Below are positions 25,329 to 33,840 of a stretch of DNA of 36,018 nt, piece after piece. Position numbers and translations under genes: made by a program. The notes under the pieces are model-generated. The model had not been told where the DNA came from. It saw only the letters and a list, made by a program, of their open reading frames with translations, and made no database searches. The stretch covers positions 1 to 36,018 of the forward strand of contig JAGOTN010000001.1 in assembly GCA_018061745.1 (NCBI GenBank). The letters run 5' to 3'. The number at the start of each line of letters is the position of its first letter. Position 1 is the stretch's first letter. The stretch comes from Minisyncoccota bacterium (lineage in GTDB: Bacteria > Patescibacteriota > Minisyncoccia > Phycocordibacterales > JAACPR01).

Positions 25329-25760
25329 ATGCCCGGTACATTAGGACAACAAGATTTTTTTGAATCGTTCAATCTGCCAGAGGAAGGTTATCCACCACCC
25401 TCCACTGAAACGTCATCTGTTTATCCTGTCTCCAAAGACACATTGTCTGTAGATGAAAATCAACCAGATTTGTTTTCTTTCGAGAGAACAAAACCAGATG
25501 CAATTCAAGAGGCCCTGAAAAGAACTCAGCCAGCACAGCTTCTCTGGGTCGGTGATCCAAAACCAGGAGATGATCACATGGTGCTTACGAATGATCCTAA
25601 GCCTGGTGATTTCACCGAAGAAGACGAATACTGGGGACCACAAAGTCCCAAACGCAGAATAAGGCCAATCACAGGATTAGATATGGCTGCTGTCGTCATC
25701 TGTCTTGATGCTATTGATGCTCTAAAGAGTGTCGAGCTTCAGGATAAATGGATATCATGA
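25329..25760 (+). CDS. Hypothetical Pro/Asp-rich protein (143 aa)
   Basis: The ORF looks GC-richer than neighbours. An AAAGGAA ribosome-binding-like motif lies upstream, and the candidate promoter is TTGGAT-17-TATTTT. It contains the repeat DPKPGD. Confidence 0.55.
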   Translation: MPGTLGQQDFFESFNLPEEGYPPPSTETSSVYPVSKDTLSVDENQPDLFSFERTKPDAIQEALKRTQPAQLLWVGDPKPGDDHMVLTNDPKPGDFTEEDEYWGPQSPKRRIRPITGLDMAAVVICLDAIDALKSVELQDKWIS

Positions 25761-25769
25761 GTATCTTTT

Positions 25770-25796
25770 AGAGGGTCTTCGGACCCTCTTTTTCTT
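25770..25796 (+). terminator. Intrinsic terminator with a UUCG tetraloop
   Basis: The 8-bp stem agagggtc/gaccctct has loop ttcg and is followed by TTTTTC. Confidence 0.85.
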
Positions 25797-25863
25797 TACT
25801 TAAATTTTATTTGTTAATGCAGAGAGTGGGGAATTTATGGAACTACTTTTAAAATTTATAGCA

Positions 25864-25947
25864 AAATATCTCCAAATTATTATTTTCTGAAACATCTGCA
25901 GACCGAAGGTCGAAGCCGTTGAAGAAAATAATAATTTGGAGATATTT
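25864..25947 (-). repeat. Palindromic hairpin element, copy C: 25-bp perfect stem, 34-nt conserved core, downstream of efp on the minus strand
   Basis: 25864-25888 is the exact reverse complement of 25923-25947. Read on the minus strand, the core is TCAACGGCTTCGACCTTCGGTCTGCAGATGTTTC. Confidence 0.85.
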
Positions 25948-25960
25948 AGTTTTGAACTAT

Positions 25961-26539
25961 TTAAACCCTTTCTGTATATTGCCCAGTCTCTGTATTAACT
26001 CGAATAACATCACCAACCTCCACAAAAGTCGGAGTTGTAACCATCGCTCCAGTTTCAACTTTTACTTTTTTATCACCACCACTAGCTGTACTTCCTTTGA
26101 TACTTGGTGGAGCTTCAATAACTTTCAATTCAACTTTAATTGGCAGGGAAAGGCCAATAATTCTTTCGCCAAAATATAGAGCGTCATATTCAGTGTCTTC
26201 CTTCATGTACATAATTTTTTCAGCTAAAACTGATTCATCTACTTCAAATCTTTTACTTTTATCATGAGGATCTGAAAACCAATATTCAGTTACACCGCTT
26301 TGCCGATTAAACTTATTGAAAGAATACTTAACAGTCTTCTTTTCAATATAAGCTTCTTCTACGGTGTCTGCATAATGAAAAGTATGCTGACGTGTTCCAC
26401 CAGATATTAGGTTTCTTAACTTTGTTTGGTTAACTGGTTTTCTTTGTTGTTTTCTAGAAACATGAGATTCTAAAACTTCGTATGGATCTCCATCGATAAT
26501 AATAAAACCCCTTTCTTTAACTTCGTTGTAATTTAACAT
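25961..26539 (-). CDS. efp: Elongation factor P
   Basis: FIIIDGDPYEVLESHV...TKLRNLISGG and the C-terminal block IKGSTASGGDKKVKVETGAMVTTPTFVEVGDVIRVNTETGQYTERV are present. The start is taken at ATG 26539 (MLNYNEV). Confidence 0.9.
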   Translation of the reverse strand: MLNYNEVKERGFIIIDGDPYEVLESHVSRKQQRKPVNQTKLRNLISGGTRQHTFHYADTVEEAYIEKKTVKYSFNKFNRQSGVTEYWFSDPHDKSKRFEVDESVLAEKIMYMKEDTEYDALYFGERIIGLSLPIKVELKVIEAPPSIKGSTASGGDKKVKVETGAMVTTPTFVEVGDVIRVNTETGQYTERV

Positions 26540-26591
26540 GTTCAGGATTCTATCAAAGTGAATACAGGTGCGCAATTTTTAAAAAAGGGAA

Positions 26592-27647
26592 CTAAACAGT
26601 GTCGTTTTTAATTTTTTCTTTAATTTTCTTTAATATTTCGTCTGCAATTTTAATATTCTCTTTTAGAAATGTTCTAGAAGCGTCATATCCTCTTCCAAGT
26701 TTTACTTCACCATAAGAATAAGAAGATCCGGATTTTTGAATTAAATCAAATTTTTCTCCAAGAGCTAGCATTTCTCCTTCTATTGAAATACCTTCATTGT
26801 AAAGAAGATCGAATTCTGTGACTCGGAAGGGAGCTGCCACTTTATTTTTAACAACCTTAACTCTTACTCGTCCTCCCATAATTTCTTCTCCTTTTTTAAT
26901 TTGAGCAATTCTTCGAATATCTAAACGAACAGAAGTGTAAAATTTCAAAGCTTTTCCTCCGGGAGTTGTCTCAGGGTTACCAAACATAACACCAATTTGC
27001 ATTCGGATTTGGTTGATAAAAATAACTACTGTTTTTGATTTAGCTACAATCGCTGTGAGTTTTCTCAAAGCTTGAGACATAAGTCTTGCTTGTTTTCCAA
27101 CGTGATACGCTCCCATATCTCCTTCAATTTCATCTTTCGGTGTAAGTGCAGCAACAGAATCGATTACCACTACATCAATTTTTCCAGAACGTACCAAACT
27201 TTCTACAATCTCTAAAGCTTGTTCTCCTGTGTCTGGTTGTGAAATTAGAAGCTCATCTAAATTAACTCCAATCTTTTTTGCATACTCAGGATCTAATGCA
27301 TGTTCAGCATCAACGAAAGCACAAATACCATGTTTCTTTTGAGCTTCTGCAACAATGTGAAGTGAAAGGGTAGTCTTTCCTGAAGATTCCGGACCAAAAA
27401 TCTCGATAATTCTTCCTCGAGGAACTCCACCAACTCCTAATGCTTCATCAAGTCCAATTGATCCTGTAGGAATAGAGTCAACACCAACTCTTGGTTTGTC
27501 TCCCAATTTCATAATCGCGTCATCACCAAACTTTGTTTTGATTTCTCGAATTGTGTCCTCGATATTCTTAGAAGAATTTCTTTCTCCACTATTATCTGAT
27601 TCTTTAATTACTTTTTTTTCTTTTGCTGCTTTCTTTTTTATTGCCAT
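26592..27647 (-). CDS. recA: Recombinase RecA
   Basis: [14 protein letters not shown] is Walker [20 protein letters not shown] and [28 protein letters not shown] are also present. Confidence 0.97.
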   Translation of the reverse strand: MAIKKKAAKEKKVIKESDNSGERNSSKNIEDTIREIKTKFGDDAIMKLGDKPRVGVDSIPTGSIGLDEALGVGGVPRGRIIEIFGPESSGKTTLSLHIVAEAQKKHGICAFVDAEHALDPEYAKKIGVNLDELLISQPDTGEQALEIVESLVRSGKIDVVVIDSVAALTPKDEIEGDMGAYHVGKQARLMSQALRKLTAIVAKSKTVVIFINQIRMQIGVMFGNPETTPGGKALKFYTSVRLDIRRIAQIKKGEEIMGGRVRVKVVKNKVAAPFRVTEFDLLYNEGISIEGEMLALGEKFDLIQKSGSSYSYGEVKLGRGYDASRTFLKENIKIADEILKKIKEKIKNDTV

Positions 27648-27689
27648 GGTTGTATTTTAACTTATTAGTAATTAAATTCTTATAAAAAA

Positions 27690-28121
27690 TTAATCAAGTG
27701 ACGATGAAGATGTTGTTGAGACAGGGGAACTACTAGAAGTTTCTATTGGAACTTCTGGAACATTAATTTTAGTAGGTTCTCCGTCGTATGTGTACCAAAG
27801 AATTTTTTCGGTAGATCTTTCAAATCTGTCACGTGCGTCGATCTTAATTATACTTGTCCCTGGAGATAACAGCAATTTTTCCCGAAACTCGTCATTTTCA
27901 TTAATATAAATAGGATTTCCATTCATACTTATAAAAGAGGTGTTTCTAGCTTTTCCGAATATTTCTATAAAAGGAGTATCAAAAGACATTCCATTCTCAG
28001 GACTAAAAATTTGAATTTGTGGACCAGCGATCAAAAGTCGGGCGTTAAAAAAGCCATATATTAATATAAGAATTAATACAGAGATTGTTCCTGTAATGAT
28101 TAGTTTTTTTCTGAATTTCAT
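27690..28121 (-). CDS. Hypothetical membrane-anchored protein with an Ig-like extracytoplasmic domain and a Ser-rich tail (143 aa)
   Basis: An N-terminal signal anchor (LIITGTISVLILILIYGFF) is followed by a beta-rich region. Confidence 0.55.
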   Translation of the reverse strand: MKFRKKLIITGTISVLILILIYGFFNARLLIAGPQIQIFSPENGMSFDTPFIEIFGKARNTSFISMNGNPIYINENDEFREKLLLSPGTSIIKIDARDRFERSTEKILWYTYDGEPTKINVPEVPIETSSSSPVSTTSSSSLD

Positions 28122-28129
28122 TTTTTAAA

Positions 28130-30379
28130 TTAAAATTGCTCGTCCTCTTCAATATCGTAGTTTGTTGGCTGTGGACCAGATGATTGTGTGCCTGCTCCGA
28201 TTACATCTCGTGGTTTTGAGCCATCAGCAGGGCCGACAACACCTCTTTCTTCAAGTAAATCAATCAACCTCGCCGCTCTAGAATAACCAACACGAAGTTT
28301 TCTTTGAATATAAGAAGTTGAAGCTTTTCCAGCAGCTACTACAACTTTTCTTGCTTCATTATAAAGCTCATCATCGTCTCCTGGTTCATCAAACCCTCCC
28401 GCAGCAGCAATTGCATCCATTGGATTGACGTCATTGTTTGCATCACCACCAAGATTTATATCAGAAAGACCTATTACATCTTTATATTGATTTTGTAACC
28501 ACTCTACGACATCTTTCACTTCTTTTTCTGTAATGAAAGCAGATTGTAGACGGATTGGTTGTGACATATCTCCAGAAAGATAAAGCATATCTCCTGCACC
28601 AAGAAGTTTTTCCGCTCCAGGCATGTCTAGAATAGTTCGTGAATCAATTTGTGAAGCTACTTGCAACGCAACTCGAGTAGGGATGTTTGCTTTGATCAAT
28701 CCTGTAATAACATTCACACTCGGTCTTTGTGTAGAGATCAAAAGGTGAATACCCACAGCACGACTCATTTGTGCCAAACGCACAATCGCAGATTCAAGTT
28801 CTCGTGGGTAAGCTTGCATAATATCCGCAAGCTCATCGATTATTACTACTATATAAGGCATTGTCTCAGGAACTTCTGTTTCAGTATCATTTTTAGAAGC
28901 TTTCAAAGCTGGTTCTAAAATATTTGAATGATAAGACTGAATATCTCTTACAGAATGTTCTTCCAAAAGATCATATCGTCTATCCATTTCTTTTGCCGCC
29001 CACTTAAGTGCAAGTATAGCTTTCTTGGCATCAGTGATAACAGGAGTTAGAAGATGAGGAATCTTATTATAAAGAGTAAGCTCCACTCTTTTTGGATCAA
29101 CCATTATAAATTTCAATTGATCTGGATGATTTTTATACAAAAGAGAAGTGATAACAGCGTGAATTGTTACAGATTTTCCAGAACCAGTTGTTCCAGCAAT
29201 AAGTACATGGGGCATTTTTGCAAAGTTTGCAATCGTTGCTTTTCCTGTGATTCCTTTTCCTAAACAAACACTCAATGGTTTTGAAGGGTCATTAAAAGCA
29301 GGGTCTTTGATAAGTGAACCAAGTCCAACTGTAGTTTTGATTGAGTTTGGAATTTCAATACCAACTAAAGATTTTCCAGGAATAGGAGCTTCGACTCGAA
29401 GAGGGTGAGCTGCAAGTGCTAATGAAAGATCATTTTGCAAAGCAATAATTCTTGAAAGTTTAACTCCTTCGGCTGGTTTAAGTGCGTATCTTGTAATAGA
29501 TGGACCAATAGAAACTTCATCCATCTCAACTTGAATACCGAAATTTGAAAGCGTTCTTTTAATTATATTTGCATTTGCTTTCACATCTCCAACTTCTGGC
29601 TTACCTGAATCTTTTTGTAAAAGTGAAAGTGGTGGAGGAGTAAAAGTTTGTTGCGCAGATCTTTTTGCAAAAAATATCAATCCACTAGGTTTGCTATTTT
29701 GTGCCACGACCGGAGCAGAAGAAACCACTGGTACTTGAGCATCGTCCTCGTCGTCTTCAACTTCTTCTGGAATATTTTTCTCAATTCCTTTTGTCAAAAT
29801 CTCATCTTCTTTATCTGATAAATCTTTTTCTTTTTTACTAAATAATTTATTGAAATCAAATTTAAGAGATAAATTGAAAATCACTAAAATTGAAATTAAT
29901 AGAATTGAAAATAGTACGATTAAAGAAACCCAAAAATCTAAAAGTTTTTCCAGAAGAGTTGAAATCAAATTTCCAATCAAACCTCCTTTGTGAAAAATTA
30001 AATCTACAATACCCAATCCAGAAATGAATATAAAAACCGCACCAATAATTTTAGGTATAGCTAAGTTGTGTTTTAAAGATGCTAAAAAGGAAACTCCCAA
30101 AGAAAACAAAATAACAGGAAGTAGATAGTATCCAATTCCAAATAAATAATTAGATATTTTGAAAACTGCATCTCCTAAAAATCCTCCACGACCAAATGCT
30201 GCAAATGAGAGAAAGGCTGCGATTGCAAGAAAGACTATAGCGGTGATAGCTTCTACTGTCTCTTCTTTTAGAAAAGATACTTTCTCTTCTGGAACCTCTC
30301 GCTTATCTTTATTTTTTATTTTTTTTCTAGCCACTTTGGATTGATTAATTGATTGTAATAATTCTCTATATAATAACAC
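28130..30379 (-). CDS. ftsK: DNA translocase FtsK/SpoIIIE
   Basis: N-terminal TM helices are present. Walker A is IAGTTGSGKSV and Walker B is IVVIIDELADI. The C-terminal gamma winged helix reads TSYIQRKLRVGYSRAARLIDLLEERGVVG. Confidence 0.95.
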   Translation of the reverse strand: MLLYRELLQSINQSKVARKKIKNKDKREVPEEKVSFLKEETVEAITAIVFLAIAAFLSFAAFGRGGFLGDAVFKISNYLFGIGYYLLPVILFSLGVSFLASLKHNLAIPKIIGAVFIFISGLGIVDLIFHKGGLIGNLISTLLEKLLDFWVSLIVLFSILLISILVIFNLSLKFDFNKLFSKKEKDLSDKEDEILTKGIEKNIPEEVEDDEDDAQVPVVSSAPVVAQNSKPSGLIFFAKRSAQQTFTPPPLSLLQKDSGKPEVGDVKANANIIKRTLSNFGIQVEMDEVSIGPSITRYALKPAEGVKLSRIIALQNDLSLALAAHPLRVEAPIPGKSLVGIEIPNSIKTTVGLGSLIKDPAFNDPSKPLSVCLGKGITGKATIANFAKMPHVLIAGTTGSGKSVTIHAVITSLLYKNHPDQLKFIMVDPKRVELTLYNKIPHLLTPVITDAKKAILALKWAAKEMDRRYDLLEEHSVRDIQSYHSNILEPALKASKNDTETEVPETMPYIVVIIDELADIMQAYPRELESAIVRLAQMSRAVGIHLLISTQRPSVNVITGLIKANIPTRVALQVASQIDSRTILDMPGAEKLLGAGDMLYLSGDMSQPIRLQSAFITEKEVKDVVEWLQNQYKDVIGLSDINLGGDANNDVNPMDAIAAAGGFDEPGDDDELYNEARKVVVAAGKASTSYIQRKLRVGYSRAARLIDLLEERGVVGPADGSKPRDVIGAGTQSSGPQPTNYDIEEDEQF

Positions 30380-30421
30380 GCTTATTTCTAGCCACTATGT
30401 GAAAAACTCAGTATTCTTTTT

Positions 30422-31155
30422 ATAAAAGACATTCATAAAAATAAGGATTAAATAAAGGACGCAATGGCTTGGGTAATAAAAGACAAAATTACAACACTCA
30501 GTTTACCCCGACACAATTGTATTTTGTCTTTAATTTTTTTAGAATGCCTTAATGGACACAGATGGATTTCCTAAAAATTATGACAGCTTTAGAATCTTCT
30601 TGTTTAAGAAGGTTGAAAGGATTGCTTTAGCTTTGTACCTTACTACAAATCATTTGTCCGATAATGTTTCTTTAAAGACAAACCTTAGAACTATCGCTGA
30701 TATTTTAATAAAGGACATTATTTTGTTTAATAGCGGACATTCAAGCTCAGCTTCTTCGGTCAAAATCAAAGAAGACTTTTTGGAAGCAAAGACCCTGTTA
30801 TCTTTAAGCTCAGGTACTGGATTAATTAACCAAAACAATGTTCTTATTCTTTTAGATGAAATAAATAGATTGAGCAAAGAAATAGAAAATCATAAGGACA
30901 ATTTTATTGGAGACACAGACTTCAAGAAATCTTTCTTTGTAGTTGAATCAAGACAAAAACTCCCAGAGTCTGTAAATGACAATAAAGTTTATAAAGGACA
31001 TAAAGGACAAGAATCTTATACTGAAACAAAACTACCTAATAAAGAATTAAACCAACCTTATGATAAAGGACATAAAGATGTTTACGAACAGAATTCTAGA
31101 AACGAAGAGATAATGAAAATTATAAAGGACAATGTAAAAGTTACTATAAAGGACA
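30422..31155 (+). repeat. Cluster of same-strand ATAAAGGAC(A) motif copies spanning the ftsK / wHTH-gene intergenic region and the wHTH gene body
   Basis: Exact ATAAAGGAC copies start at 30452, 30708, 30991, 31000, 31063, 31122 and 31146. Near-copies lie at 30422, 30476, 30893 and 31072. All are on the plus strand. Confidence 0.75.
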
Positions 31156-31277
31156 TTTCTTCTAAAATAAAAAATGTTAGTGAAAAGACAATTCAAAGAG
31201 AACTTATCAAAATGGTGTCCTTGAATTTAATCAAAAAAGAGGGAGAAAGAAGGTGGAGTACTTACTCTATTAATTAG
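30552..31277 (+). CDS. Hypothetical protein with a C-terminal winged-helix DNA-binding domain (241 aa)
   Basis: The C-terminus EEIMKIIKDNVKVTIKDISSKIKNVSEKTIQRELIKMVSLNLIKKEGERRWSTYSI has a DeoR/MarR-like wHTH pattern. The middle of the protein is low-complexity. Confidence 0.6.
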   Translation: MDTDGFPKNYDSFRIFLFKKVERIALALYLTTNHLSDNVSLKTNLRTIADILIKDIILFNSGHSSSASSVKIKEDFLEAKTLLSLSSGTGLINQNNVLILLDEINRLSKEIENHKDNFIGDTDFKKSFFVVESRQKLPESVNDNKVYKGHKGQESYTETKLPNKELNQPYDKGHKDVYEQNSRNEEIMKIIKDNVKVTIKDISSKIKNVSEKTIQRELIKMVSLNLIKKEGERRWSTYSIN

Positions 31278-31287
31278 TCGATTTTGG

Positions 31288-31316
31288 TTGATTTTTCTTA
31301 CTTTTTGTTATATACT
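31288..31316 (+). promoter_or_regulatory. Promoter of the surface-protein transcript
   Basis: TTGATT (31288-31293), a 17-nt spacer, then TATACT (31311-31316). This predicts a 5' leader of about 385 nt. Confidence 0.55.
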
Positions 31317-31321
31317 GCAAT

Positions 31322-31706
31322 AGATGTGGATTGAGCCTAAAAACTCAAGTTATCCACATTTGTTTATGTGTAGAGTGCCGAAGGGTGCGATACAATAGGC
31401 GATGTACCTATAGACGGAGGAGTAAGACGGTACGAATTGATCGTTGATAATTGAATAGAAATTCGTCATCAAATAGGTACTTACCGAACGATAAATTCAG
31501 TCACGGAAGCATGTCAGAAATTCAGTCTAAAACATTGAAGCCAGCCTGATTTGTAGGCGACTACAAATCAGTTGGTGTTTATCGCTCGACTTCCGATTTA
31601 AAATTGAAGTCGACAACGTTAGTAATTAATTACCAATGTTCAATTGCTAATCATTTTAAAATAACGATTAGTAATTGCACTTTTAAAATTTACAAATAAA
31701 AAACAA
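31322..31706 (+). ncRNA. Long, highly structured 5' leader: a candidate cis-regulatory RNA or riboswitch of unassigned class
   Basis: The region is non-coding and visibly GC-richer than other intergenic DNA. Its hairpins pair 31324-31331 with 31352-31359; 31546-31556 with 31561-31571 (11 bp, GCGA loop); 31586-31593 with 31606-31613; and 31641-31652 with 31666-31677. The paired motifs GCCGAA...ACGGAGGA and ACCGAA...ACGGAAGC are also present. Confidence 0.45.
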
Positions 31707-33692
31707 ATGAAAAAATTATTTTCAAAAGCTGCTGGATCAGTTGCAGTTATCGCATTAGCGATGACATTTGTGATCGCTCCAACAGCATCAGCTTTAACAG
31801 CTGCTGACATCCAAATGCTAGTTGCATTAGGTGTTATCCCAGCTGACAAAGCTGCTGCAGCTACAGCTGCAATAAGCACTACTTCTACAACAAGTACTGC
31901 TTCTTGTGGTTCATACACACGAGACATTACTATGGGATCGACAGGTGCAGATGTAGTTGCACTTCAAGACTTCCTAGTAGCAAAGGGACATTTAATGATC
32001 CCAGCTGGAGTATCAAAAGGATACTTTGGTGCACTTACAAGATCAGCTTTGGCTAAGTACCAAGCAGCAAAGGGAATTTCTCCTGCTGTTGGATACTTCG
32101 GACCAATGACACGAGCTAAGGTTGCTAGTGATTGTTCAACAACAACTACAACAACTACAACTACAACAACTGGAACTCTTTCAGGTGATGAAGCTAAGCT
32201 TACTGACTACGATCGAAAATCAACATACGGAAACGAAAATCTTGAAGAAGGTGATACTGCAAAAGTATTCGCTGCAGAATTTTCAGTTGAAGATGGAGAT
32301 GTTTCAATCGAAAGAATTGACATCTCTCTAGAAGGAGTTACAGAAACTCTAGAAGATGAGCCTTGGAACCAAATTGATTCTATTAACCTTATCATCGATG
32401 GTAAAGAAGTAGATTCAATGGACGTTGACAATGAAGATGATTGGTCAAGAGAAGACAGTAATGAAACTCCAACATCAAGCCGATCATACGAAGCTCGATT
32501 TAGCGGACTAGACGTTATCGCTAAAGAAGGTGACGATGTTCTAATTGAAGTTGAAGTTGTTACTTCAAGCAGTATCGACGATAGCGATCTAACACAATCA
32601 TGGAAAATTATGATTCCTACAGATGGAATCCGAGTTATCGATGGTAAAGGAATTGATCACTACGAAGGTTCTGACTCTGAATCAACAGAATTCGAAATCG
32701 AAGCTGGATCTGATGGAGACGTTTCAATCAGAGAAAGTGATGATGACTTAGACGCATCTATCTTGGTTGTTGATATCAACGACAAGAAAGGTCCTTACGA
32801 AGTATTCCGATTCGAAGTTGATAACAGCGAAGATGCAGATGTATTACTAAATACACTTGTTCTAACTGCTTCAACATCAGATTCTGATATCGACGATGTT
32901 GTTTCTGACATTACAATTGAAGTTGATGGAGATGCATATGACTATGACACTGCTTCAACAACAGCTGGAAATGTAGGAGAATACACATTCGACTTTGAAG
33001 ACAATGGAGACGAGATTTCTGTAGAGAAAGATACTCGAGTTGAAGTTGTAGTTATGGTTGAATTCAAACAAGCTGGAACAGCATTTGCAAACTACGCAGA
33101 TGGTGCAACAGTACAATTCGGTATCGGAAAGATCAACGGAGCTACTTATGGTTCAAATGCTATAACTGCTGAAGGCGCAACAACAGGTGACGCTTCAACA
33201 GTTTCTGGTACACAAGAATCTTCAGTACACACTCTACGAACTGAAGGTATCGTAATCGAAGGTGTTAGCGAAAACTACACATCAAGATTAAACCTAGACA
33301 CAACATCTGCTGACGATCAAGGAATTTTCACATTCGAAGTAAGAATTACAGCTCTTGAAGAAGATGCTTATATTACTGACACTGTGGCTACAACTTCATC
33401 AACAACAGCTGGATTCGTTACATCTTACACAGGTGCATCATTTACAGGAACAGCTACAGCTCGTATCGCTGATACATCAGCAGATACAGAAACAGCTAAC
33501 CGATGGAAAATCTCTGAAGGAACTTCAGAAACATTTGAAATCGTAGTTGAACTTGATCCATCTGCAGTAGGTGCTTACGGTATTGAACTTACTTCAGTTA
33601 ACTTCGCAAGTTCTTCAACAGCTACACCAGTAGCTTACACAGTTCCTGACGAAAACGAGTACTCAATCCCAACAGCTACAATCCAACAATAA
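31707..33692 (+). CDS. Secreted acidic cell-surface protein: signal peptide, peptidoglycan-binding domain (PG_binding_1-like), poly-Thr linker and a large Asp/Glu/Thr-rich domain
   Basis: The signal peptide is MKKLFSKAAGSVAVIALAMTFVIAPTASA. The PG-binding repeat pattern is GSTGADVVALQDFLVAKGHL...GYFGALTRSALAKYQAAKGI...GYFGPMTRAKV. Codon choice differs from neighbouring genes, and a strong terminator follows. Confidence 0.8.
   Translation: MKKLFSKAAGSVAVIALAMTFVIAPTASALTAADIQMLVALGVIPADKAAAATAAISTTSTTSTASCGSYTRDITMGSTGADVVALQDFLVAKGHLMIPAGVSKGYFGALTRSALAKYQAAKGISPAVGYFGPMTRAKVASDCSTTTTTTTTTTTGTLSGDEAKLTDYDRKSTYGNENLEEGDTAKVFAAEFSVEDGDVSIERIDISLEGVTETLEDEPWNQIDSINLIIDGKEVDSMDVDNEDDWSREDSNETPTSSRSYEARFSGLDVIAKEGDDVLIEVEVVTSSSIDDSDLTQSWKIMIPTDGIRVIDGKGIDHYEGSDSESTEFEIEAGSDGDVSIRESDDDLDASILVVDINDKKGPYEVFRFEVDNSEDADVLLNTLVLTASTSDSDIDDVVSDITIEVDGDAYDYDTASTTAGNVGEYTFDFEDNGDEISVEKDTRVEVVVMVEFKQAGTAFANYADGATVQFGIGKINGATYGSNAITAEGATTGDASTVSGTQESSVHTLRTEGIVIEGVSENYTSRLNLDTTSADDQGIFTFEVRITALEEDAYITDTVATTSSTTAGFVTSYTGASFTGTATARIADTSADTETANRWKISEGTSETFEIVVELDPSAVGAYGIELTSVNFASSSTATPVAYTVPDENEYSIPTATIQQ
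32139..32171 (+). repeat. Imperfect (ACA/ACT)11 trinucleotide tract encoding an 11-residue poly-Thr linker
   Basis: The tract reads aca aca act aca aca act aca act aca aca act, in frame within the surface-protein gene. Confidence 0.9.
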
Positions 33693-33743
33693 AAACTACT
33701 TATAGTGAATTAAATTTCACATAACTAGCGATTATTTAAAAAC

Positions 33744-33776
33744 AAAAAGCCGCCCGCAAGGGCGGCTTTTTGTTTT
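33744..33776 (+). terminator. Intrinsic terminator after the surface-protein gene
   Basis: The stem gccgccc/gggcggc has a GCAA loop, is flanked by an A-run and is followed by TTTTTGTTTT. Confidence 0.85.
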
Positions 33777-33840
33777 GCCTAATTTTTATTTAATACTTCT
33801 TTAAATATATTTAACACTCATTCTGATACTATTTTTGAAC

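Noticed and set aside
30422-31155. Whether the ATAAAGGAC cluster, or any other repeat in the window, is a CRISPR array
   Set aside because: The repeats are only 9-10 nt long and irregularly spaced, two of them overlap, and most lie within a coding region. There are no 24-40 nt direct repeats with unique spacers and no cas genes anywhere in the window.
31324-31359. Inverted pair of DnaA-box-like 9-mers (TTATCCACA at 31350-31358 and its near reverse complement at 31324-31332), considered as a possible oriC
   Set aside because: There are only two boxes, with no dnaA or dnaN gene, no AT-rich unwinding repeats and no further boxes nearby. The pair forms a neat RNA hairpin at the start of the predicted leader, which explains it better.
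31324-31398. A 24-codon upstream ORF (MWIEPKNSSYPHLFMCRVPKGAIQ) in the surface-protein leader
   Set aside because: It has no ribosome-binding context, and it overlaps the first hairpins and the candidate aptamer region. It is most likely fortuitous.
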